In this document: piece by piece, positions 59,758-64,000 of the stretch
How positions within the stretch are numbered: the first letter of the stretch is position 1
How the letters are laid out: the number at the start of each line of letters is the position of its first letter
Origin: Candidatus Obscuribacterales bacterium
Lineage (GTDB): Bacteria; Cyanobacteriota; Vampirovibrionia; Obscuribacterales; Obscuribacteraceae
Assembly: GCA_965228855.1 (NCBI GenBank)
Contig: CBDDIJ010000002.1
Coordinates: forward strand, 832,001 to 896,000
Length of the DNA stretch: 64,000 bases
Direction: 5' to 3'
Notes under the pieces: model-generated
Told to the model about the DNA's origin: nothing
Seen by the model: the letters and a program-made list of their open reading frames with translations, nothing else
Database searches by the model: none
Program-made: the position numbers and the translations under genes

Positions 59758-61245
59758 ATGGGAAACGAGCCGACTAAGTCTGAATTACAGAAGCTTCTTA
59801 TGGAGAAGCTCTCCGACCGCGGCGTTCATGACGCTGAAAACCTCAGCCGTCCGGTCTTCATCACTTATCGGGAGGGCTGGGGGCATGGACTTCGAAGCAA
59901 ACTCCCGGCTCCGCCGCAAGCCAGACTCGCTGTCGCTGTTGGCGTTGCGGCAGCTTATTCGTTCGTGGGTTCGTTATTGTTTCAACATGGCGTAACTCTC
60001 GTCGCTGTGCCGTATCTTTTGGTTGGGTCGATGTTGTTGTTTATCGCCGCGCTGCTGATTCAGGACGATCGCATGTACATGGATCGGCTTTCGTTCATTA
60101 TTCCAAGCCGCAATCCATTGCTATTTAACTCCAAAGTTCTATGGTCGAGAATCGAAGAATTATCGATCGTGGATTTGAAGAAAAATACATCAGGCAGTAG
60201 ATTTGCCATTCGACTTCACGAGGCATCCGGTGAGAACCACGATATTTTGCTGTCCGCGCTTCAACGTGAAGATCTCGATGATTTGCGGGAAACGATTGAA
60301 GCATACGCTCCTCACATCAAGGGACTGGTTTTGCTGCGCGACCTCGAAAGATTTTTTGATTTTGAACATAAACGATTGGAGGGCGTTTCTTACACTCAAC
60401 TCTGGGAAAGTGGTGCGGCCCTGTCGTTCGGACTGACATCGTTTACCCCGCTTACACCTGACACATTGTTGCAAGAACAGTTCAGAGTGGAAAAACAGAT
60501 TGCCGCCGGCGGATTTTCGGCTGTTTACGTTGTTAAAGGGGACGATGGAGAGCGGTTTGTAGTTAAGGAATCCGTTGTTCCTTTCAATCTGGATCCCGAA
60601 TTGAAGGATAAAGCGCAAGAACAATTCGAACGCGAAGCGAGATTGCTGACAAAGCTGAACCATCCGAGAATAGCCAACGTTTACGATCATTTTGTTGAAA
60701 ACGGCCGTAGCTATCTGCGTATGCAGTATATAGAGGGCGATAATCTTCGCGCCCATATTCGCGCTTGCAGTGCGGCTTCTGAGGCTGTCGTCATCGCTTG
60801 GCTCGCTGAGCTCGCAGAGATTTTGACTTATCTGCACGAGCTGGCACCGCCCATGGTGCACCGTGACCTCTCGCCGGATAACATTCTGGTCGGCAAGGAT
60901 GGTCGTTTGGTTTTGATCGATTTTGGCGCAGCCAATGAGTTTGTCGGTAATGCGACGGGAACGCTGGTCGGTAAGCATGCGTACATGGCTCCAGAGCAGA
61001 TTCGCGCTGCGGCCGAACCGCGAAGCGACCTTTATTCGCTGGGTGCATGCGCTTATTTTTGCCTGACCGGGCGGGATCCGGAACCGATTCGACGATCTTC
61101 TCCGCGGGCTCATGGTGCCAACATCTCAGATTGGTGCGAAGATCTGGTAAAGCGGCTGACTAATCTGGACCGTGATGAACGTTTCGCGAGCAGTCGAGAG
61201 TGTCTTGAGTTTCTGCGAAAGCCGGGGCGCGCACAGGAGAATTAG
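59758..61245 (+). CDS. membrane-anchored Hanks-type Ser/Thr protein kinase
   Basis: Two TM helices; IAAGGFSAVY, VVKE, HRDLSPDN, IDFG, YMAPEQ, SDLYSLG. Confidence 0.95.
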   Translation: MGNEPTKSELQKLLMEKLSDRGVHDAENLSRPVFITYREGWGHGLRSKLPAPPQARLAVAVGVAAAYSFVGSLLFQHGVTLVAVPYLLVGSMLLFIAALLIQDDRMYMDRLSFIIPSRNPLLFNSKVLWSRIEELSIVDLKKNTSGSRFAIRLHEASGENHDILLSALQREDLDDLRETIEAYAPHIKGLVLLRDLERFFDFEHKRLEGVSYTQLWESGAALSFGLTSFTPLTPDTLLQEQFRVEKQIAAGGFSAVYVVKGDDGERFVVKESVVPFNLDPELKDKAQEQFEREARLLTKLNHPRIANVYDHFVENGRSYLRMQYIEGDNLRAHIRACSAASEAVVIAWLAELAEILTYLHELAPPMVHRDLSPDNILVGKDGRLVLIDFGAANEFVGNATGTLVGKHAYMAPEQIRAAAEPRSDLYSLGACAYFCLTGRDPEPIRRSSPRAHGANISDWCEDLVKRLTNLDRDERFASSRECLEFLRKPGRAQEN

Positions 61246-61246
61246 A

Positions 61247-62776
61247 GTGGAGCGTCGTCCAATCAGTCAGCGCGAATTGCTCATCCGCTACGGCAGAATC
61301 GCTCCGAATGCGCGAGATCGCGTTCTTGATCAGTTTTATCTCTTGATTCCGGACTGCGCCTCTCTGCGCCAGTATGCCTTGATTCAAGGGGCCACCTTTA
61401 CGAGCGTTTTTGCAAGCTTCGGCGTAGCGATTTGGGCTTTGAATGTTTGGATCACGTTGCACTTCAACCTCGATCAGGTGCATGGACAGTCACTTGTTCA
61501 TAGTTTCATTCTTCTTTTCGAGAGTTCTGTCATCTTCTACGTGATGCGGCGTAGATTAAAGTATCGCAAGCGGCACCATGAAAAGTTCCTTCAGCCAACC
61601 GAGATCGGGTTAACTCCAGAGCGCATTAACATTCATCATCGCATCATTCACGGTGGCACAGTTCTTAAATCCATACGCTGGGATGAGCTGACTAAGGTCG
61701 AGCTGGTTGAGGATTTGACGAGCAGCAGCGGTCCGGTTCTGCAAATGCACGACCATGAGAATCGACACATCGCGTTGCAGTTGGATTACATTCAGACGAT
61801 AGAGGAACGGCAGATGCTGCGCGACTTCGTTCTTCACTACGTAAGACACATCGATGTGAAACCGGTAATCAGCAACCTGCTTCGTGTCGGCCGGCGAGAT
61901 GATGTTCCGTTTACCAAGCTCTGGTGTCAGGCGCTTCAGGACTCACGTCCGCGCGTCAATACCGCGCCTTTGACAGCGGGAACGCATTTGCAAGACAGCC
62001 GTTTCGTCATCACCGATTGCATTGGTGGCGGCGGTCAGGGAACGGTATACAGCGCCGAAATGCGGGAATTGGACGGTGTTCATAACATTGTTCTCAAAGA
62101 GTACGTTCTTCCGGACTTCGATCACACATCCGAGCATAAAGCGGCTTGCGAGCAGTTCGAAAAAGAAATTCGGCTGCTCGGTCTGGTAGATCATGATGGC
62201 GTAATCAAGCTTATCGATGCATTTGTTGAAGATCACCGCGCCTATCTCGTTCTCCATCATGTTAATGGAGAGTCTCTGAGAAGGCGTGTTGAGCGTATGG
62301 GACCGCTCGGCTCGCAGACCGTCATTGCTCTTGCAACACAAATGTGTGACATTCTCCACTACCTGCATTCGATGAAACCGGGAATCATGCACCTCGATTT
62401 CTCTCCGGAGAACCTTTTGCTTACGGATGATGATCGAATCATTCTTATCGACTTCAATATCTCCGTTGAAGAAAATTCGATGCGTACCCGCACGGTTATG
62501 GGAAAGCAGCGGTACATGGCTCCTGAACAGTATCGAGGAACACCTTCGCCGCGCAGCGATATTTACTCACTGGGTGCGACTCTCTTTTATCTTCTGACCG
62601 CGCGAGAGCCAGAGCCTATTGCCGTGGCGCGTCCGTCGAGGTTGGCTGAAACAGTCGATTTGCGGCTCGACAGAATCGTATCCAAATGTACTGAACTGGA
62701 AGAGAGCGATCGGTTTCAAACAATTGCAGATGTACGAGACGAGCTTGGAAAGCTGCTAGGAGGCGGTGATGGATAA
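61247..62776 (+). CDS. membrane-anchored Ser/Thr protein kinase (HLD/DFN variant)
   Basis: AGGAG RBS before GTG 61247; IGGGGQGTVY, VLKE, HLDFSPEN, IDFN, YMAPEQ. Confidence 0.92.
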   Translation: MERRPISQRELLIRYGRIAPNARDRVLDQFYLLIPDCASLRQYALIQGATFTSVFASFGVAIWALNVWITLHFNLDQVHGQSLVHSFILLFESSVIFYVMRRRLKYRKRHHEKFLQPTEIGLTPERINIHHRIIHGGTVLKSIRWDELTKVELVEDLTSSSGPVLQMHDHENRHIALQLDYIQTIEERQMLRDFVLHYVRHIDVKPVISNLLRVGRRDDVPFTKLWCQALQDSRPRVNTAPLTAGTHLQDSRFVITDCIGGGGQGTVYSAEMRELDGVHNIVLKEYVLPDFDHTSEHKAACEQFEKEIRLLGLVDHDGVIKLIDAFVEDHRAYLVLHHVNGESLRRRVERMGPLGSQTVIALATQMCDILHYLHSMKPGIMHLDFSPENLLLTDDDRIILIDFNISVEENSMRTRTVMGKQRYMAPEQYRGTPSPRSDIYSLGATLFYLLTAREPEPIAVARPSRLAETVDLRLDRIVSKCTELEESDRFQTIADVRDELGKLLGGGDG

Positions 62777-63617
62777 CATCGCTAAACCTGATATCGATCG
62801 ACCTTTGGAAATCGCTGAGGTATATCAACGCTATCGCTGTCCCGCCGAGATATTGATTCCGTACCGGATTCGAAAAGTTCCTAAGACGATGATTGGAACC
62901 TGGTGGGAAGCGACGTATTTGAAACCGCGTTCGGTGACTTTGTGGAACATGGACTTCCCCTGGATTTTGGTCATAGGTACAGCGCTTGCGGGAACCGTGT
63001 CTTCGGCGCTGTGCATGGCGCTCGGTCGCTGGTTGATGCATTTGAACGGTTCGCTCGGAATCTTCTTCGGTATCCTGGGTTTCTTTCCTATTGTTTTTTT
63101 AGGATTTGCTTTTCTTCTTTACCCTATGTTTGTCACGCTCAATATGCGCCTGGGGTGGGGGAAGAACTGGCACCATACACTTCTTGGACCGACGCATATT
63201 GGAATTACCGATTCCGGTTTTAAACTCTACGTGCGTGGTTGGTTTTTTTACAACTATCCGAATCTGGCTTTGTGGCAGGAAATCTTCAAGGCCGATCTGG
63301 TCAGTGATAAGAAAAAGAACGCGATGGTGTTGCGATTCACGTATCAAACCGGCTTCGGTAGAGCCCCAATTGATCTGCCTTTAGACGCGTTTGAAACGGT
63401 TGACGACCTCAAGTTTGTTTTAAAAACATTTTCCGATAGCGTCAAGCCGGAATTCCAGGGACCGCTTCTGAAGGCAATGGCGGAAGTTGATTTCTTGCCG
63501 GTTATAGAAAGCTATGAACAGGGGCAGACGTACGCAATCGGTTTAGATCTCATGCGCGAAATTGAAGAGGCGCGCGCGATCGAGATTCAGCATGGTTCGG
63601 AAGCCGAAAGCCTTTAG
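62769..63617 (+). CDS. two-TM membrane protein resembling the N-terminal module of the upstream kinases
   Basis: Overlaps the kinase stop; LGPTHIGITDSG resembles LQPTEIGLTPER of the preceding kinase. Confidence 0.75.
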   Translation: MDNIAKPDIDRPLEIAEVYQRYRCPAEILIPYRIRKVPKTMIGTWWEATYLKPRSVTLWNMDFPWILVIGTALAGTVSSALCMALGRWLMHLNGSLGIFFGILGFFPIVFLGFAFLLYPMFVTLNMRLGWGKNWHHTLLGPTHIGITDSGFKLYVRGWFFYNYPNLALWQEIFKADLVSDKKKNAMVLRFTYQTGFGRAPIDLPLDAFETVDDLKFVLKTFSDSVKPEFQGPLLKAMAEVDFLPVIESYEQGQTYAIGLDLMREIEEARAIEIQHGSEAESL

Positions 63618-63737
63618 TGTTGAAGGTTTCGAGAATGGGCGAGATGGGCTGATCACCATAAGTCATGGTGAAAGTACGGTTTGGAAATTCAATATCCAAA
63701 CGTAGAATGAAGACTCAGGTTGTGTTCGCAGTGAAAA

Positions 63738-64000
63738 ATGAAAGAAATAAATTCAGCCGCAACTGGCGGTTCAAATAGTCGGCCGTTTTCGCCCGAGAAC
63801 GCGCAAGACCATATTCATATCGTTCCGGATTTCATGGATGAGACCGATCGCGCCTTGTTCCTCGAAGCGGCTCAGCAGAAGGCGAAACCCTCGCATAAGA
63901 CGCCGTCAGAAAAACGCTCGCCTCAGCATTTGCCCGCTCCAGATATCCCGAAGGAGAAGTTGTTGCCCGGACCGAAAGGAAAAGGAGCGCCCGCACCCAT
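63738..64000 (+). CDS. hypothetical protein, truncated at window edge
   Basis: ATG 63738 with frame open to the end (MKEINSAATGG...HIHIVPDFMDETDRALFLEAAQ). Confidence 0.5.
   Translation, partial: MKEINSAATGGSNSRPFSPENAQDHIHIVPDFMDETDRALFLEAAQQKAKPSHKTPSEKRSPQHLPAPDIPKEKLLPGPKGKGAPAP

Overview
A gene-dense bacterial chromosomal window with no rRNA, tRNA or CRISPR array. The gene mix (TPR, VirB10-like, membrane Ser/Thr kinase and large orphan proteins around panC, ilvC, mutL, ppk2) suggests a non-photosynthetic cyanobacterial relative such as Melainabacteria/Obscuribacterales; that assignment is an impression, not a measurement. The main finding is a two-layer mobile DNA system that can be read directly from the sequence. 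(1) A dispersed intergenic element of about 225-250 bp has inverted termini CTACTATA...TATAGTAG placed almost symmetrically around a central ~54-bp covarying palindrome; there are 11 palindrome copies, 6 of them with both termini. (2) A complete 1.26-kb IS110 (IS621-like) element at 26555-27812 is inserted in the palindrome of one copy. Its non-coding end encodes a bridge RNA whose target guides spell that palindrome end and whose donor guides spell its own circle junction, which also forms a TTGACA-17bp-TACGTT promoter. Other points of interest: Pip-GmhB and CoaE-TM-extracellular-domain fusions, a tandem pair of orphan paralogues, a repeat peptide, toxin-like proteins, and a two-kinase plus kinase-less-partner operon.
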